From a virus (Duplodnaviria > Caudoviricetes): DNA of 60,847 nucleotides. The stretch spans positions 1-60,847 of the IMG/VR virus record IMGVR_UViG_3300020042_009006. One strand, given 5' to 3'. Made by a program: the position numbers and the translations under genes. Positions 48,064 through 57,290 of the stretch are shown piece after piece. Position 1 is the first letter of the stretch. Each line of letters opens with the position of its first letter. A model generated the notes under the pieces. The model saw nothing but the letters and a program-made list of their open reading frames with translations, did no database searches and was not told the origin of the DNA.

Positions 48064-48329
48064 AGCGTTGGGGGTCGTGCTTACTTCGCTGGGTGGGTTC
48101 TTCGTATTCTTGGGAGTAGGTGAGTGGGTGCGTCATAACCATTTGGGTTGGGGGTCGCTGGCTTTGGCTGGGCTGTTGTTCTTTTTTGGGTCGTTGCTGA
48201 AACGCTGATTTTTTTTTGGAGTTGGTCTAGGCATTTTTCATTTTTTGGCCTAAACCCTAAAGGGCATAACACGGTGATTAGTAAAAAAAAACTAACCCCC
48301 TCACTCGAAGGGGGTCAGCTTTTTTCTGG

Positions 48330-48563
48330 CTACTTTTTTACAAAGAAGGTGGCTAGGTGGGTGGAGTAGTTCCAGACTTGGATTTCAGCAATCTTGGTGA
48401 GTTCGTGGCCTTGGTAGAAATCCACAAACTCTGCGACCTTGCTCCAAGAGTGGCACTCATAGACTGGGCGAAGGATTTCGTTGCCCTCGTGGTCTTGGAC
48501 AACAACAACCAAAGTGGTTGGAGTGCCTAGAAGTGCTAGGGGGCTGGTGGCGATTGTGTTCAT
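48330..48563 (-). CDS. Hypothetical protein (minus-strand cassette-type gene)
   Basis: AGATAGGA on the minus strand upstream of ATG; hairpin at about 48293-48318 downstream. Confidence 0.65.
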   Translation of the reverse strand: MNTIATSPLALLGTPTTLVVVVQDHEGNEILRPVYECHSWSKVAEFVDFYQGHELTKIAEIQVWNYSTHLATFFVKK

Positions 48564-48840
48564 TTGGTTCTGTCCTATCTGTAAGGGCTTGCCCTGCTGG
48601 CTTGCCTATGGCAAGCGTAGCAGGTGTCTAGTTGTAAATACAAGTTATTTAGATAACAGATTGATAACAGATTATTTGTCTGGTCTGGGTGTGAGGGGCG
48701 TCTGCGCGTGAGGGGTTCATACCTACACGGAAACTAACACGGCCAGATGTCTGGACCGGCTGGGGTATAGGTCTGGTATCTGTATAGTTTTGGGCTGAAA
48801 CTATACAAGTCCGTTAGGTGTGTATAGTCCTGACCCTTCC

Positions 48841-48970
48841 TGCCTACCTCTGTCCACCTGTGTCCACTTGTGTCCACTTGTGTCCACTTGTGTCCATCTC
48901 TGTCTGTCTGTGTCTATCTTTGTCCCTCTGTGTCTAGGTGTGTTCACTTCTGTCTACCTCTGTCTACCTT
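48841..48970. repeat. Tandem 10-bp repeat, 13 units, consensus TGTCYACYTS
   Basis: TGTC (two units with one mismatch) recurs exactly every 10 bp from 48841 to 48961. Confidence 0.9.
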
Positions 48971-49148
48971 GTCACCTCTGTCCTCTGTCTATGTGTATAT
49001 TGCTCTGGGCTGGGGCTAGAACACGGTGAAGTCTGGGGGCTGGGTTGTTATCAAGTTGTTATCTAGATGTTGCGTATTTTGCTTTTTATGCTATAGACTG
49101 GTCGTAGACCAGTCAAAGAGGCTGGCAAGTCAGATAGGAAAATTTCAA

Positions 49149-49586
49149 ATGTCAGTTAGTTTTTATGGCTACAACAAGACCACTCAGTCATTCTCAGAGG
49201 CAGAGGTCAACCTCTCTAACCTCAATGCCTCAGGTCTGCTAGACCTGCTAGGTATTCAGGTAGGCGAGGACTTCTCAGAGCGTTGCTGTGGCTCTATGTC
49301 TGCTGATGACCTGCTAGGTCGTGTCTTGATTGCTCAGGCTATCAACCCTGCTGATGAGGGACTACCTGCCTACAAGATGACTGGGGCTGACGCTGGCAAC
49401 CACTCAGGTCTGCTAGGTGGTCTGCTAGGGGGGCTTGCTCAGGCTGAGGCCGAGGGTGAGGCTGGTCCTAGTATCTGGTTTGGTGGTCGCTCTGCTGGCT
49501 ACTTTGATGAGAGGCTTGCTCAGGTTAGAGAGTTGGCTGAGGAGGTCAAGGCGCTAGGTGATGACTGGGTTATCAAGTGGGCATAG
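49149..49586 (+). CDS. Hypothetical protein
   Basis: Promoter at 49070, GATAGGAA motif, terminator at about 49602-49635. Confidence 0.7.
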   Translation: MSVSFYGYNKTTQSFSEAEVNLSNLNASGLLDLLGIQVGEDFSERCCGSMSADDLLGRVLIAQAINPADEGLPAYKMTGADAGNHSGLLGGLLGGLAQAEAEGEAGPSIWFGGRSAGYFDERLAQVRELAEEVKALGDDWVIKWA

Positions 49587-50321
49587 CCTAGCCCTACACG
49601 GAACCCCTCACGGCTAAGTCTGTGGGGGGTTTCTCTATGTCTGGGTTAGTTAGGTGGGTGGGGGCTGCTCTGGGCTTGTGTGTGGCTGTGTAGATGGGTA
49701 GATGGGCAGATGATAGGTGTGAACTAACACGGCTGCTTTCTGTCGGGTTTGACGGCTAACCCTTTGTAGCCGGCGTCTTTGTCTGCCTCTATTTTGAGTT
49801 CGTTAGATGGGCTGGTCGGGTGGCGGCTGGTTGTAGGTTGGTCGGGTATCTACCGGGGCTGTCCTCTTGATGTGCCTAGTTTTTATGTGCCTATCGTGGA
49901 GTAGTTCCTAATCTTTTTCTAGAGGCTCTCTAGGCTGCTGAGTTCCTACAAACTCCCGAGAACTATCGGCTCTGTTTCTAGGACTTCATCGGGGGCATCT
50001 AGAAGAAGACAATTCTTCGGGTGGCTTTTTTCTAGAGCCTTTGTCTAGCTTTTTTTGTATCTACTTTTACTTAGGTGTTTCTTTGAGATTTTAAAAATGT
50101 TTTTGCTTTTTAGTTAGTCAAAGTAGATAGTCGTTTGAGAATTCTATGAACAAACTTTAGGGGGGCGATTGAGTGCTAAAAATAAGGGGGGGTCGGTTTT
50201 AGGAAACAAATTAGGGTTTTTGGATTTCCATGCGCTACCCTCTCACAGGCCAAAAGCAGTTAGCGTTAAGGTACTAAATTTTAAATAAAGTACACTTCCT
50301 TTTGCCCGCTATACTAGTCCT

Positions 50322-50849
50322 ATGACAGATCGCCGTTCAGCTCGCAAGCAACCACTCCCTCCAGAAGAAAAACGCTACCTACGCTCCCTCCCGCAAGAGG
50401 AACTGATTAAGCGCGTCTACGATCTTTACCACTCCGGATGGACTCTTCAAGCTATCGGCGACTCCCTTACTCCGCCACGTCCACGCTCAACCGTTCGTTC
50501 TTGGTTGCTCCGCTTCACTCCCCCAACCGAACGCGACTTAGTAGACGCCCCTATTTCTACCCCCGTTCCAAGCCCCGACTATCTAACCCATCCAGACGGG
50601 TATCAGAAGACCACTCCGGTCTCTCCAGGGATCCTCCCCGACGAAGCTGAGCTGATTCAGTCCATTGCTCCGATTGCTCGCCAGTATCGAGCAAAGATGT
50701 CTACCTCCTCCGCAGCAGCTGTGGCAAACGACCAGCTGACCGCTATTTGCCTGCGTTTACACGCTAACGGCGTCCCTGTTAAAGACCTGGCCAAAGCAGC
50801 CGGAGTAACCTATCGAGCTATGTATCGACGCATAAAGTTGACAAAATAG
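50322..50849 (+). CDS. Tandem HTH DNA-binding protein (leaderless)
   Basis: GWTLQAIG and LAKAAGVTYRAM; TATACT 6 nt before ATG. Confidence 0.7.
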   Translation: MTDRRSARKQPLPPEEKRYLRSLPQEELIKRVYDLYHSGWTLQAIGDSLTPPRPRSTVRSWLLRFTPPTERDLVDAPISTPVPSPDYLTHPDGYQKTTPVSPGILPDEAELIQSIAPIARQYRAKMSTSSAAAVANDQLTAICLRLHANGVPVKDLAKAAGVTYRAMYRRIKLTK

Positions 50850-51005
50850 ACGCACCTACTCTAGAGTTGTGATATCCTAGAAGTACGGAGAGCACATTCT
50901 TTCACTAAAAGGAAGGATGTGCTTTTTTGTATCTAAAACTAAATAGAATGTCACTTTGACAATAAACGACCCCAGTACTAAAGAAATGAAAGGTAAGGTC
51001 GCTAA

Positions 51006-51632
51006 ATGAAAAAGAAAAACAAACTAGTGTCAATATCATCTGCAATTGTGTTGACTCTCGCAGGTTGTGCAGCATCAGCTGCTAACGCCTCTGTTGTTGA
51101 AAATGTATCTACTCCTACAGTTATTGCGTCTAAAGCAAAAACTGTAAAGTACTCATTAATGGATACATTGAACAAACATAAAGCCGCTCAGACTATGTTA
51201 AAAAAGCATGAGCTTCGCATAAAGAAGCTAATGACTAACGAAATCAAAATCCGAGCAGCTCTTAAAAAAGTGAAAAAGTACGCAGGTCAAACCTGGTACG
51301 TTTTCTCTGGTGCAACCCCGAGAGGGTGGGACTGCTCCGGTCTCGTACGCTGGACGTATGAACAAGTTGGTATCGAGTTAGAACATCGAGCCAGTGCCCA
51401 AGCCAATTCTGGCGAAAAAGTAAAACACCCAATCCCTGGCGATGTCGTCGCTTTCTACCACAAAGGTAGCAAGCGCTCATTCCACGTTGGAGTCTACTTA
51501 GGCAACGGCAAAATGATCCATGCTTACCGACATGGCATGCGTACAGTGATTCAACCAGTTAAAGAAGTTGTAAAAGAGAATTGGGGAGCTCGTGTGACAT
51601 ATACACGAATTCTCCCTCAGCTGCAGAACTAG
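51006..51632 (+). CDS. NlpC/P60 cell-wall peptidase, exported
   Basis: Signal peptide, WDCSGLV, HVGVYLGNGKMIHA. Confidence 0.9.
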   Translation: MKKKNKLVSISSAIVLTLAGCAASAANASVVENVSTPTVIASKAKTVKYSLMDTLNKHKAAQTMLKKHELRIKKLMTNEIKIRAALKKVKKYAGQTWYVFSGATPRGWDCSGLVRWTYEQVGIELEHRASAQANSGEKVKHPIPGDVVAFYHKGSKRSFHVGVYLGNGKMIHAYRHGMRTVIQPVKEVVKENWGARVTYTRILPQLQN

Positions 51633-52147
51633 TGTGCTAGTATTCAACTATGACATCTCAAACTGTATTGGTAATCGCAACTGTTGTTCTACTCCTAGTT
51701 GCGCCTAACGTTTACAGTATCTGGAATTTACTAAAGATCCGCTCCGAGCAGAAGAAAGAGGCTCAACTCCAACCTCTGCTCGGGGTGGTTCTTCCAAAAG
51801 ACAAGAAAGAAAAATGACACGTTTCATCCTTTGGCTTCGTTCCATCTCTTGGATCACTGTTGCCGCCGTTGCTTTAGTAGTAGCGGCCGTTATCTTCAAC
51901 TCAACCGTTCTGGCACTCTCTGCAGTGCCTCTAGCACTACTAGCTGCTAAGGAGTAGAAATGCCAGAAACACTTCTCTATATCGGCCTAGGGCTGCTTAT
52001 TATGTCTGTCGCCGCACTCGGTTTGACAGTGCTAGCTTCAATTGCTATAGTTTTTATAAGTGGTACAGATTCGTATTCTGACGATCTGGATTACGATTTC
52101 GAAGATTAAAAATAAAACCACAGCAACCATAACTAAATAGGAGAAAC

Positions 52148-52435
52148 ATGACATCAAAAAACGTAATTCTTAGAGTCGAGAACTTCGACGAGCTAAGAGA
52201 TTCGCTACACCAAACCGGACTGTTTGACATGGCTGACTGCATTGTAGAGATCAGCTGTAACTTAGACAGTTCAATTAATGAAGTAGAAAAAATGTTCAGT
52301 TTTATCAAGACAACAATCAATGTTGTAGACACAACTGTTATTACTGACAATGAAATAGAAGATTACAAAATCCAGTTACGAGAAGTTGACCCACCGTATA
52401 TGCGTGGACCAGCTCGACGTGCACGCAAAAGCTAA
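52148..52435 (+). CDS. Hypothetical protein
   Basis: AGGAG RBS. Confidence 0.55.
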   Translation: MTSKNVILRVENFDELRDSLHQTGLFDMADCIVEISCNLDSSINEVEKMFSFIKTTINVVDTTVITDNEIEDYKIQLREVDPPYMRGPARRARKS

Positions 52436-52473
52436 TTTGACAAAACCGAAAGATAACCTGTAAAGTGACGATT

Positions 52474-53025
52474 ATGACAACTACATTTATTAAAAAGAAC
52501 CAGATGCTCCCTCAGTACATTTACGAGGAGTTTGAAGGTCTATCCAACAACGACCACCGAGACACATTGATTCGTTCTCTACGTTCAGCTGGCTGGACAC
52601 TAGAAGCAATCTCTGCAGCCTCTAACATCACCCGTGAACGCGTGAGACAGATTGCTCTTTCTCCTAGCTCAGCTGGAATATCCGTTCCAGTTGAGATTCC
52701 AGAGCCACCAGTTAAGCCAGAGAAGGCTAAGCCTGTTTACATTGAGCCGACTCCGGAGACTCTTAAGCGTTTGCTTGAACTCCAGCCTTACGCTCAGCAG
52801 GTTCGCTCGAACGGCAAAAAGTATCGTGCCGAGGCAGAAGAGTACACAGCCCTTCTAAACCACGCTCACGTTGTTGAAGGTGTAACTCTTTACCGACTAG
52901 CAAAGCGTCTTGGCGTTACTCACGGTGCTCTACGCTTCCGTCTTGTTCGCTACGGCTACAAGCAACCTGTAACTGCAACTTCTAAGGTCTACACCCCGAT
53001 CGTTCAAGAGAACCGCCTAAAGTAG
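52474..53025 (+). CDS. Tandem HTH DNA-binding protein, paralog of 50322
   Basis: GWTLEAI..TRERVRQI and LAKRLGVTHGAL. Confidence 0.7.
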   Translation: MTTTFIKKNQMLPQYIYEEFEGLSNNDHRDTLIRSLRSAGWTLEAISAASNITRERVRQIALSPSSAGISVPVEIPEPPVKPEKAKPVYIEPTPETLKRLLELQPYAQQVRSNGKKYRAEAEEYTALLNHAHVVEGVTLYRLAKRLGVTHGALRFRLVRYGYKQPVTATSKVYTPIVQENRLK

Positions 53026-53039
53026 GGTAAAATAGCCCT

Positions 53040-54440
53040 ATGGGTAAATCTATTATGGAGCAAATTGCTCTTCTGCCACCAGAGGAGCAGTATGCTGCAT
53101 TAGCTGGAATGGATCCAGAAGCATTAATGTGGGACTGGTCTGTTTGGGGTCGACCTGAACAGCAGGCTCCCCCAGGGGATTGGAATATCTGGCTTGTACT
53201 TGCTGGACGTGGTTTTGGTAAAACAAGACTCGCGTCCGAGTGGGTTCGTGAGCAAGCTAGGTATACCAATACTGGCCAACGTCGTTTTGCTCTCGTAGCT
53301 CGTACTGCAGCAGACGTTCGTGACGTTATCGTTGAAGGTGAGTCTGGCATTATGAATGTCACGCCTCCAAGCGAACGTCCACTCTACGAGCCATCTAAGC
53401 GACGCCTAACTTGGCCTAACGGAAACGTTGCCTCACTCTTTACCGCTGATGAACCTGACGGTTTGCGTGGTCCGCAGTTTACCCACGCATGGGGTGACGA
53501 GATTGCTGCTTGGAGACAGACTCCTGATGCCGCAGGTATGACCGCGTTTGATAACTTACGTGTCGGTACTCGTCTAGGTCAACAGCCAAAGATTCTAGTT
53601 ACCACTACTCCGAAGCGCACTCCGCTTCTCTACAAACTTATTGAAGAATCCCGTACTGACCGAGTCGTCATTACCAAGGGTTCAACTATGGACAACGCTG
53701 GAAACCTTTCCGGCTCCTACCTAGATACAATGCTCGGCGTTTACGAAGGAACTGCCCTAGCTCGTCAAGAGCTTTATGGTGAAATGCTTGAGGCCATGGA
53801 AGGAGCAATGTGGACAGAAGAAATTATTGAAGCTGGACGCCAGCTCTACATGCCCACCTCAACACCTCTTCGCTGTATTGGAGTCGACCCGTCTGTTGCT
53901 GAAAACCCTCGTGACGAGTGTGGAATTGTTGTTGTTGGTTCAAGTGCAGAGCATGACCTCTATAAACGCAACGCTTGGGTTCTAGAAGACGCCTCTATTC
54001 ATGGTTCTCCAGATGTCTGGGCTAACCAGGTCGTAAAAATGGCCCGTAAGTGGGGCTGCCCGGTCATCGCTGAAGTAAACCAGGGTGGTGCACTCGTAAG
54101 AAACGCCATCAACACAATCGACCCAACTATTAAGGTCCTCGAAGTCCACTCCAAGCAAGGTAAGCAGCTTCGTGCAGAGCCAATTACTATGGCATACCAG
54201 CAAGAACGTGTTCACCACGTAGGTCACGCACTAACTGACCTTGAAACTCAGATGATTACGTGGATTCCAGGTGAAGGAAAGTCTCCTGACCGCGTTGACG
54301 CACTGGTTCACGCCCTCACTGCACTACTGATTAAGCCACCTCCTGGTTTTTCTGGCGGAAAAATCCGTGCAAAGAGCATGGGAGACAGAAAAATCCCTGG
54401 AATCACTAATCGAGGCGGAAGCGTGTTTAAAATCCGATGA
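53040..54440 (+). CDS. terL: Terminase large subunit
   Basis: AGRGFGKT Walker A, LRGPQF..WGDE, TTTP, IGVDP, SPDRVDA. Confidence 0.93.
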   Translation: MGKSIMEQIALLPPEEQYAALAGMDPEALMWDWSVWGRPEQQAPPGDWNIWLVLAGRGFGKTRLASEWVREQARYTNTGQRRFALVARTAADVRDVIVEGESGIMNVTPPSERPLYEPSKRRLTWPNGNVASLFTADEPDGLRGPQFTHAWGDEIAAWRQTPDAAGMTAFDNLRVGTRLGQQPKILVTTTPKRTPLLYKLIEESRTDRVVITKGSTMDNAGNLSGSYLDTMLGVYEGTALARQELYGEMLEAMEGAMWTEEIIEAGRQLYMPTSTPLRCIGVDPSVAENPRDECGIVVVGSSAEHDLYKRNAWVLEDASIHGSPDVWANQVVKMARKWGCPVIAEVNQGGALVRNAINTIDPTIKVLEVHSKQGKQLRAEPITMAYQQERVHHVGHALTDLETQMITWIPGEGKSPDRVDALVHALTALLIKPPPGFSGGKIRAKSMGDRKIPGITNRGGSVFKIR

Positions 54441-54793
54441 AAATACTTTTTGACCTATTTCCAGCCGTATTAGTGGCCGCTGCACCCGGTTTACTTGAAG
54501 ATTTGGACCAAATTAAGGTAGTTCCGCCTACCGAAGAGGCATTTATGGTCGACAAATGTCGAATCGTGGTTGATGAAGATCTAATTATTGTCGCTGTAGA
54601 TTCGCCAGAGGGTGCTAAGATCATATTTCAAGAAGAATATGACGTTTTTATCAAGAATCGCCCTGGTGAAAGCAAAATTTTAACTAAAAGTGGAAAAATG
54701 CTGGCTTTCAAGCGAGACGAGAACTGTGGATGTGGGTCTAGACTTAGAAGTTGGAACCCTACTCGCACTCTAAACACTTTGAAAGGTAGATAA
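54437..54793 (+). CDS. Hypothetical protein
   Basis: Coupled to terL; CGCGSRLR. Confidence 0.65.
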   Translation: MKILFDLFPAVLVAAAPGLLEDLDQIKVVPPTEEAFMVDKCRIVVDEDLIIVAVDSPEGAKIIFQEEYDVFIKNRPGESKILTKSGKMLAFKRDENCGCGSRLRSWNPTRTLNTLKGR

Positions 54794-55074
54794 TGCTACT
54801 GGAGCCGTTGACTTTTGTAATACTTGCGTTAGCTGCGTTTAGAGTTACTCGTGTAATTACGACTGACGTAGTTTTTGAAGCTGTTAGAGAGAGAATTTGG
54901 AAAAGATTCCCTCCATCTAAGGGTTTCGGATATCTAATCACTTGCGATTGGTGTACTGGATTTTATGTATCAATCGCTTTTGTCCTTGCTTACCTACTAG
55001 TCCCAGTAATTGTATATGTGGTATCATTAGTACTGTCCATATCTGCAATTATTGGTCTACTGGCGAATCGCTAA
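54793..55074 (+). CDS. DUF1360-like membrane protein
   Basis: LAAFRVTR..TD..R..LITCDWCTG. Confidence 0.75.
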   Translation: MLLEPLTFVILALAAFRVTRVITTDVVFEAVRERIWKRFPPSKGFGYLITCDWCTGFYVSIAFVLAYLLVPVIVYVVSLVLSISAIIGLLANR

Positions 55075-55089
55075 ACCTAGGAGCCCCCT

Positions 55090-56832
55090 TTGGGAATTTT
55101 TAAAAAGAACGCAGACCAGCCGAGACGTAGATCTGCCACCGGCTTGCGTGCATCCGCACCACGAACTGCTACTCCAGTTGCCCCTGGCATTTCAGTAGAC
55201 TCTTTTGGACTTGTTTACGCCGAGCCCGTTGCCTTTAATGCTCCTCGTCCGCTTACTGCAGCAGCTGCTCAAATCAAAATTGGTGACAGAGGCGAAGCCG
55301 AGCTTTTTAAATCCCGCCGTCAGTCTGCTTCATCTAGCTGGCAGACCGAAGCATGGGAATACTACGATTCAATTGGTGAAGTTAAGTATGCATTCAATCT
55401 TGTTGCGTCTGTTGTCTCTCGCATCCGACTTTACGTTGCTGTTGTAGACGACCCAGCCGAGTCTCCTGTTTCGGTAGATAAGTCAAACACAATCGACCCT
55501 CAGCTAGCTGCCGCAGCAAAGCGTGCTCTTGCTCGTCTTGACTCTGCTTATGGAGGCCAGTCAGGTCTTCTCAAAGACTGCGCTCTTAATCTTCAGGTTA
55601 CTGGTGAGTGCTACCTAGTCCAGATTCCAGAGCGTATCGGTTCTGGTCTTCCAGAAAGCTGGGACATTCGTTCCGTAGACGAACTACAGGTCGACTCTAA
55701 GGGCAACTACGTAATCCAACCTCGTCGTGAAGTTGGTGGTGGTGTTCCTTCGGCTATGTCAGCTGGTAAGGGTGCTATCAAACTTCCAAATGATGCGTTT
55801 ATCGGACGCGTTTGGAAAGCTCACCCTCGCTACTCCCAAGAATCCGACAGCTCGCTACGTGGTCTACTCGATCTTTGTGCGGAACTACTTCTACTCAACC
55901 GTACATTCCGTGCGACGGCGCGTTCCCGTCTGAACGCTGGCGCTCTCTACTTACCAGACGGTCTATCAGTAGCTGCGTCTCCAGACCCAGACTACCCTTA
56001 CGATGAAGACGGCAACTACAACGAACAGTACAACCCTGAAGAGGCTGCCGACGACTTCGAAGACCAGCTCATCGATGCGATGACAACTCCAATTAAGGAC
56101 GAAGATTCAGCGTCAGCTGTCGTGCCGCTGATCATTCGTGGTCCAGCAGAGCTTGGTGACAAGATCAAGCAGTTCAAGTTTGAGCGCTCATTCGACGCAT
56201 CTCTCGTTCAGCGTGCTGACCGTGTACTAGAGCGAATCATGCAGGGTCTAGACGTCCCTAAAGACGTCGTTACAGGTCTTGCTAACGTTAAGTACTCTAA
56301 CGCTCTTCAGATCGATGAAGCCCTCTACAAGGCTCACATCGAGCCGTTGATGCTTCTTATTGCTGACGCACTGACTGTTGTCTACTTGCGTCCATACTTG
56401 ATTGCAAATGGCTACGCTGAAGCAGACGTTAAGCGAGTACACATCTGGTATGACCCAAGCCAGATTGCAACTCGTAACGACCGTGCATCAGATGCCGACA
56501 TGGGCTTTGACAAGATGGCCGTCAGCTACGACACTTGGAGACGTGCTCACGGATTCTCAGACCAAGATGCTCCAAGCCCTCAAGAACTTGGACTACGTTT
56601 GGTCATTAGCAAGGGTATGATTACTCCAGAGTTTACCGAGTCCATGCTTGCTGCTGTTTCCCCGGAAATTATGGATCTAGTCCGAGCTAGGTCTCAGGCG
56701 AATAACCCAGCTCCGATGACACCAGACATTCAACAACTTCTAGAGGGAGGCGGCCCAGGGGCAGTTCCTGTAGTAGAAGGAACTCCTCCACCTGCTCAAC
56801 CGCCAATCCCGCTAGCCGAACCCGAGGTATAA
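55090..56832 (+). CDS. Portal protein
   Basis: Position after terL, size, WQTEAWEYYD..GEVKYA..SRIRL pattern seen in actinophage portals. Confidence 0.75.
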   Translation: MGIFKKNADQPRRRSATGLRASAPRTATPVAPGISVDSFGLVYAEPVAFNAPRPLTAAAAQIKIGDRGEAELFKSRRQSASSSWQTEAWEYYDSIGEVKYAFNLVASVVSRIRLYVAVVDDPAESPVSVDKSNTIDPQLAAAAKRALARLDSAYGGQSGLLKDCALNLQVTGECYLVQIPERIGSGLPESWDIRSVDELQVDSKGNYVIQPRREVGGGVPSAMSAGKGAIKLPNDAFIGRVWKAHPRYSQESDSSLRGLLDLCAELLLLNRTFRATARSRLNAGALYLPDGLSVAASPDPDYPYDEDGNYNEQYNPEEAADDFEDQLIDAMTTPIKDEDSASAVVPLIIRGPAELGDKIKQFKFERSFDASLVQRADRVLERIMQGLDVPKDVVTGLANVKYSNALQIDEALYKAHIEPLMLLIADALTVVYLRPYLIANGYAEADVKRVHIWYDPSQIATRNDRASDADMGFDKMAVSYDTWRRAHGFSDQDAPSPQELGLRLVISKGMITPEFTESMLAAVSPEIMDLVRARSQANNPAPMTPDIQQLLEGGGPGAVPVVEGTPPPAQPPIPLAEPEV

Positions 56833-56835
56833 CAA

Positions 56836-57288
56836 ATGGAACGCAAAGTCGAACTAGTAGAGAAGCTAAGCCACCTACTTTCTGATGTAGTAACCGCAAG
56901 GGCTATTGCCCAGGGATATCACTGGAATGTCAAGGGTGTCGAGTTTACTCAGATGCACGATTTTTTTGGTGAAATCTACGAAGATTTTGAAAGTGCTGTA
57001 GATCCCCTAGCCGAATACATTCGTAAGCTCGGATATGACTCTCCGTATTTTCTAACCGACTTCACTGAAATGACTTGTCTTGGAGACGAGCCTCGTCTTT
57101 TTGGCGACTGCGTCGAAATGCTTGAGTCCCTATTAAACATCAATAACACTCTCAACGCATGTGTGCTCGGAGCTTTTCAGTTGGCTGATGCCTGCAACGA
57201 GCAAGGCATTGCCGACTTCCTAGCTGGCCGTGATGACATGCACAAGAGATGGAGCTGGCAGCTCCGCTCTTCACTCGGTACTCGATAA
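56836..57288 (+). CDS. dps: Dps-family ferritin-like protein
   Basis: HWNVKG..F..MH..F.E.Y..D..AE ferroxidase signature. Confidence 0.88.
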   Translation: MERKVELVEKLSHLLSDVVTARAIAQGYHWNVKGVEFTQMHDFFGEIYEDFESAVDPLAEYIRKLGYDSPYFLTDFTEMTCLGDEPRLFGDCVEMLESLLNINNTLNACVLGAFQLADACNEQGIADFLAGRDDMHKRWSWQLRSSLGTR

Positions 57289-57290
57289 TC

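Larger units (their letters stand above)
26782..48245 (+). repeat. Dispersed invariant 13-mer ATTTTTCATTTTT: 25 direct copies plus 1 inverted, all at gene boundaries
   Basis: Starts at 26782, 30307, 32357, 33922, 34531, 35677, 36385, 37113, 38157, 38547, 39173, 39841, 40451, 41093, 41642, 42202, 42886, 43493, 44181, 44702, 45376, 45947, 46672, 47348, 48233; inverted copy at about 27876-27888. Confidence 0.95.

Noticed and set aside
30307-48245. T-box array as a CRISPR array
   Set aside because: Intervals are about 0.4-2 kb and contain ORFs, the repeat core is only 13 bp, and there are no cas genes.
27800-48260. Classical integron
   Set aside because: No tyrosine integrase in the window, no consistent RYYYAAC/GTTRRRY attC ends, and cassettes carry their own promoters.
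48820-49029. 69-aa ORF with CVHLC repeats
   Set aside because: Artefact of the 10-bp tandem repeat, whose period is not a multiple of three.
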